From Azolla caroliniana (Eukaryota; Plantae; Polypodiophyta): a DNA stretch of 64,000 bases. Shown here in pieces: positions 1 to 12,515 of the stretch (the first letter of the stretch is position 1; each line of letters starts with the position of its first letter). The DNA lies in contig JBHGNT010000005.1 in NCBI GenBank assembly GCA_043228905.1, forward strand, positions 3,224,001-3,288,000, given 5' to 3'. The position numbers were made by a program, and so were the translations under genes. Under the pieces are notes generated by a model. It ran no database searches, was not told the origin of the DNA, and saw only the letters and a list, made by a program, of their open reading frames with translations.

Positions 1-1490
1 GGCCCTCTTCCCCTCCCCTTCATTTTCGCACATGTTCTTTCTTGTAGCACGCTTCATTTGAAAACATACAAGTTACAAGAAGAATTATGTATGAAATGAG
101 AGTTAAGTCCTCTTAGAAAAGAAGAATTATGTATGAAATGAGAGTTAAGTCCTCTTAGAAAACAATGATCTTTGGTGATGTCATGACATAGTATGAAGCA
201 TACGTACCATTTGTGTGTTCCCATTCGCGAACATTCTTATCATTCTCGTAAGAAAAATACCCTCGAAGTATGATAAATACCATACTTTGGCACTCATTAT
301 TTATTATACGGTAAACTTTTTTTTGGGTAAGAAAGTTAAGGTACAAAGTGTTAAAAAAAACGAGAATGTTTTAATAACATGCTCATTCGTTTGCATACGT
401 ATGAAAACGAATGTTTGGGCTAACGAACACGAATATTACGTACTATGCATGACACTATGTTTGAGTTTAAAAAGAAAAGGATCATTTAGCTAATCAACCA
501 CTACGGTTTAGCGTACTACCATAATAACCGTCATTTATGTACATCTTAGAAACCAATGATATTTGGTGATGTCATGACACACTATGGTTGAGTTTAAAAA
601 GAAAGGGATCATTTAGCTAATCAACCACTATGGTTTAGCTTACTGCCATAATAACCGACATTTACTAACACCTTCACATCTCTCTAATTCTCATGCCTGA
701 AAAGAAACTAGCAAAAACAATAGCTAGTTTTCACGAAAATATTTGATACACCAAATATTATTCTTTCATCAATCCTATGGCCTTATCAATAATACTCAAT
801 ATTTGAAATTTCAAAATTGTTCTCATTTATTTTTATTATCGCATCTATACAATGATGTTTCTTATATAGTATGTTCACAATACGCCCAGAGCAAGTTAAA
901 TTTGTAGTTATGTACACATATCCTATTTTGACCATAATTTGTAAAAGCGGTGTTAGAAGTACATATGGTTGACAACCCTAGCTGGAAATGGTGTCTAGTA
1001 GAAAAGAAGAAAACAAGCCAAAAAGTTCTTAAATAATTCGTAGCTCATTCAACTTTTTGCCATTTGGTGGTTTGAAAATGTAATATTATGCCATTACTTC
1101 GTCTTGGATTTGCCAACCCTTACTGTTTCTTGGTTGCTGCACTGCATTGTTACAACAATGCAAACATACATGTAATATTATGATTTTCTTTATATGGATT
1201 CCCTAGTTCTTTTGTACAACGTAGCATTTGATATTTACCTACATGGATGGACCACCTCCTTTCATTTCTTGGGAAGGGAAGCTGAATCTGAGCCATGTGC
1301 AGTCCTCATCAGCACACCAAGCAGGTCTGGGAATATGATGATCAAGGCCAATACAAGTCCCTAAAAAGCAGTTAGACAGCATGAACAGAATGGAGTTACA
1401 AGAAACATAAGGCCACACAGCCTATGGTTGGAACAAAGATGAGTTGTTCACATAACAGGCTAGAATAACAAATTTATACAACGTGGAGAT

Positions 1491-2207
1491 TGATGGAGTT
1501 TCACTCAGACAAAAATCAGAAATCGAACTTAGACCCAAAAAGAAAATGAAGAACACACAATTTACGTGGAAAACCCTGATTTCAGGGAAAAACCACGGGA
1601 ATAGGAAATTTCACTATGAGTAATTACGGAATACAATCACAGAACAATAAAACCTGATTTGGTATGGGAGTGTGCTGAAACCACGATTTCAGCCGAGCGC
1701 ATCCAAACCCTAGCACATAGACGTCTATTCCTTTTGAAGCTTCCCAAGCTTCTCTGTCTTTCACTCTCTATTTCTCTTTTGATTCTCTCTTCTTTTCTTC
1801 TCTCTTAGCTTCTGAGTACGTATACTCTTACACAGCCACTACTGTGTAGAAAACTCAGTCGTTCTCAGAGTTACGCATACAATACAACTCGTTTTTCCCT
1901 CATACATATATACTGCCAGGCCTGTTGGCATATATATGCTAGGTCATTTCTTCTTTATATGGAAGAAGGCATATGTATATGTATATGTGTCCATTTGATT
2001 GAGTACGAATTCGGCTTTCTCACCGAATTCGGTCAATTGACCCCCGATTCGGTTCTTCGGCAAACCGACCATTCTTTTGCTCTCCGACCGACTTCGGCCA
2101 AATTCGGTAATCCGACACATTTCGGCTTCTCAACCGATTTCGACCAGCCGACTCTTAAGTCGACTTTTCGGCCGACCCCCCGCAAGGAGGGACACCTTTA
2201 CACAACA
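1491..2207 (-). mobile_element. Solo LTR (copia-type, 717 bp)
   Basis: TG...CA termini; 5-bp TSD GAGAT at 1486-1490 and 2208-2212. Carries the ACGTGGAAAACCC...GGGAAAAACCACGG motif also found in the LTRs of the full-length copia elements. Confidence 0.85.
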
Positions 2208-3379
2208 GAGATGTGGTGGGTGAAGTGGCTATTTGGTAGCATGTGATTGGTTAAATCGATGGTCTGTGGTAAAATGACCACTGGAGAACTCAAAACAGTT
2301 GCACTTAAGCTTTCAATAAATTGGCAATATAATCTTAGTTGATAATAAATTATAGTGAGAGATCATCCAGGAGCAGAGAGAATGTATTGAGAGAGTGTGT
2401 GTGCAGGTTTGGAACTACCTCCACTCACATCCAGAAATAAGGTCCAACAATGGTTTTCTTGAGGAATCAAGCAATAGTTTTTTATCAAAATGCAGTAGTA
2501 AACAGATCAGCCAGAATTACTTGAGTGAACAATACTCTTGAGTTCATGACATAGGATTCCATTGGCTCTCGAGCAAAATTGCAGTATACTTATATATCTT
2601 TTGTTTTACCATGAAAGGCTAAGTTTGTGCAAAGCATTGGCAATTGGCTCTTAGTAAGAACTTTAATATGGGAGTCAAACGTAAGGGCGTATGCAAGTTA
2701 GTGCATAAACTTATAAAAAGAAAGGGTGAGTGTCCATGGAGGACTGTTCACGCTCAATCAACAATCCTGGTATTGTGCTAAAATCTGCATCATAACATCA
2801 TCTAGCAAGTACTACGCTTGGATGAGTTACAATTATGAGGGTAAGAACATTGTGATGTGTTAAAGGCCTGAAGCCTACATAAGATAATGAAGCATTTGAG
2901 CATAATAAAACATTTTGCTGTCAGATTCATTCATTGTCTCATGAAAGCATAAGTGAATACGTTGTGCATGGGAGGTTTCCTCGAGGGGAACTCCAACTGT
3001 GTGCGAGAAAACCACCAATCTTGCTTTTAAGACAGAGAGAATGATTAGATGGGATTGGATCCAGCGCCTATCTCTTGAGCAACCACGTGGGTGACCACTG
3101 AAACATAGGTATGAACTGTGGATGCTTTTGAACAGTAACCTATTCTTGTCGGTTGCCCTGTGAGTGGAACACGGTTGGGATTCCATGTGAAGGGAAACAC
3201 ATGGTTCAACACTGACATATCTCTTCTTTCAGCTTGACAACATAAATGTGGATGAAAATGTGGACAGCCCACATGTATTCATAGTGTATTCATAGTAAAG
3301 GATTTTATGAAGCATTCTCAACTAAAATTAAGCAATACCCACCTCTGCAGCATTGATTCAATGCAAAAAAAAAGCCTCA

Positions 3380-3625
3380 AAACTATCCTCTAGAAGGTAG
3401 CTTATCTGCTAATCCAGCAACTACCATCCAGTTTGCATCCGTTGATGAATAGTTCTTATGCAATTTTTGTCTTTCCTTATGTGCCAAAATCTGTTTGGGA
3501 TGAATAATTTCATCCAATTTGTTGTGTTTGGGTTGTTCCTCAAATGGTAATTTCGCTGGTACACCACTTACAAAAGTTGAAGAAGACTCAAATGGAATGC
3601 ATTATGTATCCTCCAACCTTCAGGT
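3380..3625 (-). pseudogene. Gypsy integrase C-terminus/chromodomain relic
   Basis: Minus strand reads PEGWRIHNAFHLSLL followed by a degraded chromodomain-like stretch. Paralogous copies at ~61680-61965 and ~63240-63485. Confidence 0.65.
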
Positions 3626-4581
3626 TGCCTTAACCAGTAAGCTTTATAACATATATTTCTGAAATGTGAAAAGGTTCATCAGAATGCCTACTAAGCTTTG
3701 GAAACAATAGCAACAGTAGCTATCACAAGGTTTAAACACAAGTCATGACAGTGATGGTTAACAGCTATCTTCTCTTAGTTTTGAGTCTTTTGAACTGCAA
3801 ACATACGTTCAGCTTCAGCTGCTGATTTTGGATATAATTGTTGACAAATGAAACGTAAAACAAAATTAGTAATTACCTAAGAAAATCTAAGCTACCAGTT
3901 CTGTGGTCTACCACATAGGCATTGATCGAACTGCCTAAATCTCCAAGGAAAACAACATAAAAGACAGTTATTCACCATCAATTCTGCACTCATCAAATTC
4001 CTTGTTTTCAAACAATACAACTCTAAGGAAGATTTTTCTCTTGAACATGAAATCACCAGACTTCCTTAATTACCTAAAGAAATCTAAGCTACCAGTTCTG
4101 TGGTCTACCACATAGGCATTGATCGAACTGCCTAAATCTCCAAGGAAAACAACACAAAAGACAGTTATTCACCATCAATTCTGCACTCATCAAAGTTCCT
4201 CGTTTTCAAACAATACAACTCTGGAAGGAAGATTTTTCTCTTGAACATGAAATCACCAGAATTCCTTAATTCATCAAGAAAAACAACACAAAAGTGGTAT
4301 TTATTATCTCTATTACAAAATTATTCATCCTAACTCTTGTCTGTTAAAAGAAAAAAATACAAGACAAAGGCTGTGAATCATAAAACTATTGCATTCTATA
4401 CGTATCAAATCCCACTATAGCTACCAGTCATTACCTCAAGCACACATGTATATCACAAACTACCTTAATGTTCCAGCAAAAAGAAAAAAAATCTGGTTCG
4501 TTTCTCAATTACATATGCATTCACCAACTTTACGCCATCTTCAAATACAAGAATAATGACAAAAACCAAAGAATCTCGTAC

Positions 4582-4960
4582 CTTTTGCATTCTCTGGTAC
4601 TTTGGGACCGACAATACTGAATAAACTGAAATCAGAGGCCAAGATCTCGTTTGAAGCGTGTCACAGCACGTCCATGGATAAGTATGATTCTAGTAACACT
4701 AGGTCTATGACACAGAGTAGGTTTCCAACCCTTCTTCTCAGAAGAAGAAGAAGAAGAAGCTCGGTGTTCACGAACGACGAATTTCTTTCTGACACGTGTA
4801 ACCTGCTCAAACCTTGTTTCATATTCTATGTATCTCAGCTAGTCTTCTTTAACCTTCAAACGGCGGTCGAGGCGGAATTCGAACTCCCGTCGTTGCCTTG
4901 CGATCTCTTTGATTTCTGCGACTGAGAGAAGGCCCCACTTCTACGGTTCATAGAGCTGTA
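4582..4960 (-). pseudogene. UTP6: UTP6-like (U3 snoRNA-associated protein 6) N-terminal exon relic
   Basis: Manual translation: WGLLSVAEIKEIARQRREFEFRLDRRLKVKED*LRYIEYETRFEQVTRVRKK...SVTRIILIHGRAVTRFKRDLGL*FQFIQYCRS, matching the plant UTP6 N-terminus as I recall it. In-frame stops; ends at an AAG|GT donor. Confidence 0.75.
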
Positions 4961-5935
4961 GCAGTAGGTCGATATGAACGCTGTGTGTGTGACTTTCTTA
5001 TGTACATAGGTCGATAATATCTATAGCAATATTTAGGTTCAAGATCGGATCGACGGCATAATAACTTGGTTCCAAAGAAAAGCTACATTCTCTAGGGCCT
5101 AGGCTCTATAGTTCGGAACACCTAATCCCAAACTTCCCCACGTCACTTCTACGTGCATTCCACCTTAAAATTCTAACTCCATAATATGTCATGTTGTGGA
5201 GTTGGATCATCATCCGCCCATTTGTGGGCAAAACACTATCGAGCTACTATTGCTCGTGTATTAAACTTAAACAAACTTTTTCTCTCAGTTGTTAAATAGT
5301 TGTTTGTGTTCACTAATAAATTAGTAAAAGTCACAATGTGGTTGAATCAAGCTACTTAATTGGTTAAACATCATATAAATCATACACGTGGCGCATGTCA
5401 CAATCACATATGACTTTAAGTAAAGTGCTTCATTAAACTCGTGCAAAATGAGAGAAGAGAGAGGTTTGTTGAGCTGCCAATAGACAAGATCGTCCAACCA
5501 ACAAGGATATCCTCACTTATCTACAAGTTTCTAGTTATGTGAATCCCATCAATCAATGACATTCAATTATTTGTGAAGTCGGTTAACTGCACATCATAGT
5601 AATATATTGAAACAAATAAGCATTGATTGAACAAAAGTAATAACACAAGAAAAGGTGAAACATGGAATAGGTCAATACTCCTAGATACATAGAAATCTAT
5701 TGAACCAAACCATAGTTATATGTTGAAACAAATAAGCATTGATTGATCGAAAGTAATAACACAAGAAAAGGTGAAACAAGGAAATGTGTCAATACTCCTA
5801 GATACATAGAAATCTATTGAACCAAACGAATAGCACGAGAAGAGGCGAAACAAGAAGTAGATCAATACCATGCAGGTACAATACAAATAGAAGAAGAAAA
5901 AGGGTTCTATCTATGATGTCCATCCCGTTCCAAAC

Positions 5936-6387
5936 CATATATCTAACACGTGACACTTGTTCTCTTATTCATTAACTCTTTTTCTTTTCTTATTCACGGC
6001 AGGGTTCCAACCAATTTCAAATAACGTTAAAATTGTTTTGTCTTCTATATTCGAAAAGTGCACAAACACACTCAAATAAAACAAAACATATATCTAACAC
6101 GTGACACTTGTTCTCTTATTCACTAACTCTTTTTCTTTTCTTATTCACGGCAGGGTTCCAACCAATTTCAAATAACGTTAAAATTGTTTTGTCTTCTATA
6201 TTCGAAAAGTGCACAAACACACTCAAATAAAACAAAACATATATCTAACACGTGACACTTGTTCTCTTATTCACTAACTCTTTTTCTTTTCTTATTCACG
6301 GCAGGGTTCCAACCAATTCCAAATAACGTAAAAATTGTTTTGCCTTCTATATTCGAAAAGTGCGCAAACACACTCAAATAAAACAAA
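5936..6387. repeat. 151-bp tandem repeat, 3 near-identical copies
   Basis: ATCTAACACGTGACAC recurs at 5941, 6092 and 6243. Confidence 0.9.
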
Positions 6388-6492
6388 GCACAACAGTAAT
6401 ATGGTCCCAGACGGAAGAGTCGTAATATGAAAAAGGGTAATGCAGTTATTTCTGGTCACGACTGGCAATGAGCAGCAGACAATATGCTTCTG

Positions 6493-6656
6493 CTAAAATT
6501 CTTTGTTTTTGGCCGGCTCAATCATGCCATTGCGGCTGCTCGTCGACGCATGTCCTCCACAAAAATTCCATAGTTCCTTGACGACGATCCCGATGCCCCA
6601 GCCCCACCGGCGGCAGCCATGGCTGACCTCCTCAGATCTTCACATATCCGCCTCAC
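6493..6656 (-). pseudogene. UGT C-terminal fragment (last ~54 codons)
   Basis: Highly similar to 9108-9272 (SSSRNYGIFVEDMRRRAAAM). Truncated at the duplication junction ~6660. Confidence 0.85.
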
Positions 6657-7147
6657 TGCCCCTTAACCAGTAAGCTTTATAACATATATTTCTGAAATGT
6701 GAAAAGATTTGTCGTAATGCCTACTAAGCTTTGGAAATAATAGTGAGAGTAGCTATCACAAGGTTTGAACACAAGTCATGACAGTGATGGTTAACAGCTC
6801 TTAGTTTTGAGTCTTTTCAACTCTCTTAGTTTTGAGTCTTTTTAACTTGCAAACATACGTTCAGCTTCAGCTGTTGATTTTGGATATAATTGTCGACGAA
6901 TGTAAGATAAAACAAAATTATGAATTACCTAAGAAAATCTAAGCCACCAATTCTGTGGTCTATAGGCTGGGAATCATAAACCTATTGAATTCTATAGGCA
7001 TCAAATCACACATGTATATCACAAACTAACTTAATGTTCCATCGAAAAGCAAAAGAATCTAGTTCGTTTCTCAATCACATATGCATTCACCGACTTTACT
7101 CGATCTTTAAATACACGAATAATGACAAAAACCAAAGAATCTGATAC

Positions 7148-7440
7148 CTTTTGCATTCTCTGATACTTTGGGACCGACGATACTGAATAAACTGAAATCA
7201 GACGCCAAGATCTCGTTTGAAGCGTGTCACAGAAGAAGAAGCTTGGTGTTCACGAACAATGAATTTCTTTCTAATACGCGTAACCTGCTCAAACCTTGTT
7301 TCATGTCTATGTATCTGAGATAATTAATCTTCTTTAACCTTTGAACGATGCTCAACGCGGAACTCGAACTCCCGTCATTATCTTGCTATCTCACTGATGG
7401 CAACAACAGAGAGAAAGCCCCACTTCTACAGTTCATTGAC
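7148..7440 (-). pseudogene. UTP6: Second, internally deleted copy of the UTP6 exon relic
   Basis: Collinear with 4582-4960 but lacks ~75 bp corresponding to ~4670-4745. Confidence 0.7.
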
Positions 7441-7621
7441 TGTAGCAGTATGTCGGTATGAACTGTGTGTGCGTGCGTGTGTGACTTTCTTATGTACATA
7501 TGTCGATAATATCTATAGTAATAGGTTCAAGATCCGACCGACGACGTAATAGATTGGTTCCAAAGAAAAGCTACATTCTCTAGGGCCTAGGCTCTATAAT
7601 TCGGAACACCTAATCCCAAAG

Positions 7622-8203
7622 TGTTAGGATCGAAACCGGCCACAACCGGTATACGTATTCGGGTGCAAAGACAGAGGTAAATGTGCACAGACACACAGAA
7701 AACGAAATAGATACAGAGACACTGGATATTTTACGTGGAAACCTAAAAAGGGAAAAACCACATTGAGTCCACAAACTCCAAACATATCACTATGATAGGA
7801 GTACAATGAGAAACTTCAAGGCAACAACCTTAAGCTCTCCTTCGTCAGATTGACGGTCATAGAGTTACTCGCTAACTCTCACTCTCTCACATTTATAGAG
7901 GCAACAACCTTCTCTAACTATACAACAATGATCAATAAATACACATTATAAAGTTTGCCCTAGTTGTATTTATACATATACAACTTTCTAACTATTTACG
8001 TACATAGCCCACAAAGGGGCTCATTTAGACTATTTACAAATATAATCTTTCGAATCGATCATTCTATTTCCGTTTATCGATTTCGATTCTCGATTCCCGA
8101 TTTTGGCCTCGGCCGAAATACTCATCGACTCCATGGGAATCGCTTCTCCCTTTTTCTCTTGATTCGTGTTCCACTTCCATCAAGAGGGACCTGTCATCCA
8201 ACA
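7622..8203 (-). mobile_element. Solo LTR (copia-type, 582 bp)
   Basis: TG...CA; TSD CAAAG/CAAAC (7617-7621, 8204-8208). The empty site (CCCAAACTTCCCC) is present in duplicated unit 1 at ~5127. Confidence 0.85.
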
Positions 8204-9107
8204 CAAACTTCCCCACGTCACTTCTAGGTGGAGAGCACACATTAAAGTTGTAACTCCATATTAAGCTCATGTTGTGGAGATGGATTATCGTCCACCCTTT
8301 TGTTGGCGAATCATTCTTGAGCTACTATCGATTCTATATAAACTTAAACAGACTCCTTCTCTTGGTTGTTAAAGGGTTGTGTTCACAATAAATTAGTAAA
8401 AGTCATGATGTGGATGAATCAAGGTACTTAATTGGTTAAACATATAAAAGCACACATATGGAATATAATACACTCCCATAATGTTTGGCTTAATGTAAAG
8501 TGTGTAACATTAACCTCGTGCAAAATGAGAGAAGGGAGAGGTTTGTGGAGTTGCCAATTGACAAGATCATCCAACCAAGAAGGATATGCCCACTTATGTA
8601 GAAGTTCCTAGTTATGTGAATCTCATCGATCAATGTTATTCTATAATTTGTTGAGTTGGTTAACTGCACACCATAGTTATATAATGAAACACATAAGCAT
8701 TGATTGTAGGACAGTAATAACACAAGAAAAAGCGAAACAAGGAAAAATAGGTTGGTACTCCTAGATACATATAAATGTATTGAACCAAACGATAGCACGA
8801 GAAGATGGGAAACAAGAAGTATAGCAGAGTCGGTAAGGTACAAATAGTAGACGTTTACATCCTGAAAAAGAGTTCTATCTATGATGTCGATCACGTTCCA
8901 AACCATATAAAACATGCAACACTTTTTCTTTTTCTGAATCACGCCATTTATTAATAATGAGGCTTCACTCAATTTCAAATGACGTTAAATTTGATTTGCC
9001 TTCTATATTCGAAGTGAGCGCCGAGGCGGAAAAGTCATAATATGAAAAAGGATAATGCAGTTATTTCTGGTCACGACTGGCAATGAGCAGCAGGTAATAT
9101 GGTTGTG

Positions 9108-10173
9108 CTAAAATCCTTTGGGTTTTGGTGGGCTCAAGCATCCCATTGCGGCTGCCCGTCGACGCATGTCCTCCACAAAAATTCCATAGTTCCTTGACGA
9201 CGATCCCGACGCCCCACCTCCACCGGTGGCAGCCATGGCTGACCTCCTCACATCTTCACATCTCCGCCTCACCTCCGCGTCCTGCCTCATCACTTCTCTC
9301 ACTAACCTCGCCACCTCCCCTGCCCTCGCCCCCTCCTCTATCCCCACACCCACTTTCCACACCTCAACCACGTAATGCGCGTTCATCCTCTGCTCCGCAA
9401 ACCCGCCCGCCCTCGCCAATATCGGGACTCCCGCGGTAATACTCTCCAAGACAGAGTTCCACCCGCAGTGCGAAAGGAAAGCCCCCACCGAAGGATGGTT
9501 TAGCACCTCCAGCTGGGGTGCCCATGCGATGACCCGGCAGTGCTGGAGTAATTCCGGCGAGGCGGTCTCTGGGTTCAGCTCCGCACGGAGGGATGTGAGC
9601 GGAGCACCACCCTGGTCCGGCCGGACTGCCCACAGGAACGGCACACCGCTGCCTTTTATGCCCTGGATTAGGTTGGCAAGCTCGACCTCCGACACGTTTG
9701 CAAGGCTGCCATATGCTATGTAAAGTACAGAGCCTGGCGGATGGGCGGACAACCAACTGCTGCAGCCGCCGTCCTCAGCCGATAGGCTAGGCGCGGCACC
9801 TGGTAGCCTACTTGCCAACCCATCGCCGTTGTTGTGAGATGATAAAGATGATGATCCGAGGATGGCATCGGGCAGGAGAGGGCCGATGGGGAGATAATTC
9901 GGTACCTCCGCTTTTAAAGCGGCAGAGGCATCCGGGTCAATCTCCGTCCATGTGTTCCCTAGGTTCCACGCTGCCTCCAGGGGGCGGCGCATACAGAGGT
10001 GCAGGAACCATCGGAAAAGGAAACCCGTGGTTTCTTCCTCTAGGAAAAAGGAGATATAATCTTGGAGCTTCATGGGTGCGATCCCAGGGATGCACGTGAC
10101 CACCTCGGAGGCCTTGGCAGGATCTGGACTTCAGCACGTGGGACAAGCACATGAGGAGGAGGCGCAGGGCAGC

Positions 10174-10208
<35 letters not shown>

Positions 10209-10838
10209 TCAATGAAGCACATAAAGGGTGAATGAAAGGAGTCACAAATTCTAGTTATGAATGATGGAGGATGGATGGGACGGGCCTTTACCTCGGAGGG
10301 GCAAATAGCCGTGGTCCATGAGAAGAGACTGAAAGTGGTAGGCCAAGTTGGCGTGGGCTGGCGTCGTCCACAGCGCCACCCGGGGCACGCTCAATTGGTC
10401 CGCCACGTCCTGCATCCAGGAGTAGAAGGAGTCGGCGATGATGCACGTGACGGGCGGCGGCGGCGGCTGCGTTACAGCTGGGCCACTGGCCGGTTGAGGC
10501 TGCGCCTGGGTTTTGATGAGCTTGGCCAGAGGGCCGGGCAGGGCCAGCGTGGCGGCTACAGTTTCTATGAGGCTCTGGTTGAAACGGGCATGGTGAGGGG
10601 GCAGGCCGTCGGGGACGTGCAGGAAACGGAGATTGGGGGTGTGGAGGAGGGATTGGTTTTGGCCGGCGGCGAACATTCGTTGGTGGGTATAGTCGGTGTT
10701 GATGAACGTGACGAAGAAACCGTCGGCGAGGAGGTTTTTGGCGAGGTGCATCATGGGGTTGATGTGGCCCTGTACGGGGAAGGGGAAGAGCACTGCGTGG
10801 GGCTGCACAATGCCGTTTCTTCCTTCATGGCCGCCCAT
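9108..10838 (-). CDS. Family-1 UDP-glycosyltransferase; exons 10838-10292 and 10123-9108; ~520 aa
   Basis: N-terminal PHAVLFPFPVQGHINPM (catalytic His), CIIADSF, PSPG box WAPQLEVLNHPSVGAFLSHCGWNSVLES...AEQ. Phase-1 GT-AG intron 10291-10124 containing a (TATG)n microsatellite. The spliced frame is continuous (LPLRDPAKASEVVTCIPG). Confidence 0.93.
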
Positions 10839-12515
10839 CTCTTCGATCTCTGGTTAAATGGCTTTCGTGGGTAGCAAAGGACGGAGTGTTCTCCTCCTTC
10901 GGTTCTTTGTAGATATAATAGATCGATTGGTTGTGGGGACGAATCTGGATCGAACCAATACCAAGCAAAAGAAAAATGAAATAAACGTACCCAAGCTAAT
11001 ACACATGCACATGCACATAATATACACGTTGATATGGATGGCCCTTTCAAGGTTTTCTTCCACTTTAAAATTACATAACACCATCATTAGGTTTCGATTT
11101 GGGTTTGCTCTAGTTGGCTCCACCGAAACAGTGTTTTACCGTTAGATGTTAAGAGTCTGATCGTCATGCCTCAATTTTACATTAAAAAAACTTGGTTTTA
11201 CAGTGTGGTGGTTTCTTGGGACGCCATTGTGTCAACCTACCGAGTCGTACACGTAATTGAAAAGTGCAAATTGAGTATTTCCCAAAAATTGAACAAATCA
11301 TCAATTATTGTTGGAAGCTCAGCAATAAAGACAATGGGTCGATAGAAAATAATTTAAAATAATGTACGTCCAATTTTAATTTGAAGTATAGAGTGAGAAT
11401 GGACATTCATCACAATACTATTCATATGACCCGTCTTTTCATTTTAAACTTTAATTGGTTGAATAATATGATATTTTCTTGAAAAGAAGCATGTGCCTTA
11501 AGTGTTGATCTTGTGACAATAATTAATGATGTGAAAATGGTAGGTATTGGTAGGAATTTTGTGTTCTTTTCTCTTAATGAAACACTTCTTACTCTCTCTC
11601 TCTCTCTCTCTCTCTGTAAAAGCACACAATTATATTAATTTATGTGAGATCCACAATTATAACATTTCTTAGTCTTCTCTACCTACCTATCCTATGTAGG
11701 GAGAGGGATGCCTTGTAATGTCATTAGAAAACCTGAATATACATTTGAGGAAATGATCCCTTGAAGCGCTAATATCTAGAAATTCCACATAAGAATATCT
11801 TTCAACTTCTTCATATAAGGTTTCACCCCATGTTTACTATCAAACATGAAAGCATTACGCATATTCCAATTGTGTTGTAGTCCCCAATAACTTAAAAATG
11901 AAACAATATCTCCATCTCATCATTTTGAACATACTGAGAAAAAACTCATTGTTGAGGTCTCAAATAACAATGGGTTAAAACTTGTCAAATGGCTCATAAA
12001 TACGTCCAAATGGTACATGCTATAGGACATTTAATGACCCTATGTGTATTGTCCTCCAATGGATTGATCTTAGTCCTCATCTCTTTAAGACTGAACTTAA
12101 TGGGAGCCCACTAATCATAACTCTTCATATGAATACCTTTGTGTAAAGAATTGAGTGTGATTCTATGCAGTAGAATAGATTAAGGATTTGTGGTGTGTGT
12201 GTGTGGAAAGAGGAGAGGAGAGGAGCGAAACACAAGATAGATAGATAGGAAAAATGAAATACTCAAGAAGATGTATGTATTAGGAAGTGGAGAACAACTA
12301 CAACAATACGAATATTACAAAGGAGATTAACCGACACATTATAAAGTAGGAGGGTGCTTTATGTAAGGTCACTTTCTCTCGACATTCTCTCACTAAAACG
12401 CCCACTCTCTCTCTAGAACCTTGCTAGGGAATGTGGAAACTCATTAGTTATCGAATATGGAACTCATTAGTTATGCGTCATAGAATATGATTTTATGACG
12501 CATAATGTGTAGAAA

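Larger units (their letters stand above)
3627..9272. repeat. Tandem segmental duplication: unit 1 ~3627-6660; unit 2 from ~6661, running into the intact UGT
   Basis: CCTTAACCAGTAAGCTTTATAAC starts both units. Both then carry a collinear UTP6 relic, the same AT-rich flank and the UGT 3' end. Confidence 0.85.

Noticed and set aside
79-665. Short local duplications (42 bp x2; ~90 bp x2)
   Set aside because: Ordinary slippage-type duplications with no further structure visible.
8490-8978. 162-aa hydrophobic ORF
   Set aside because: AT-rich UGT flank; no recognisable domain, and the paralogous copies do not keep the frame.
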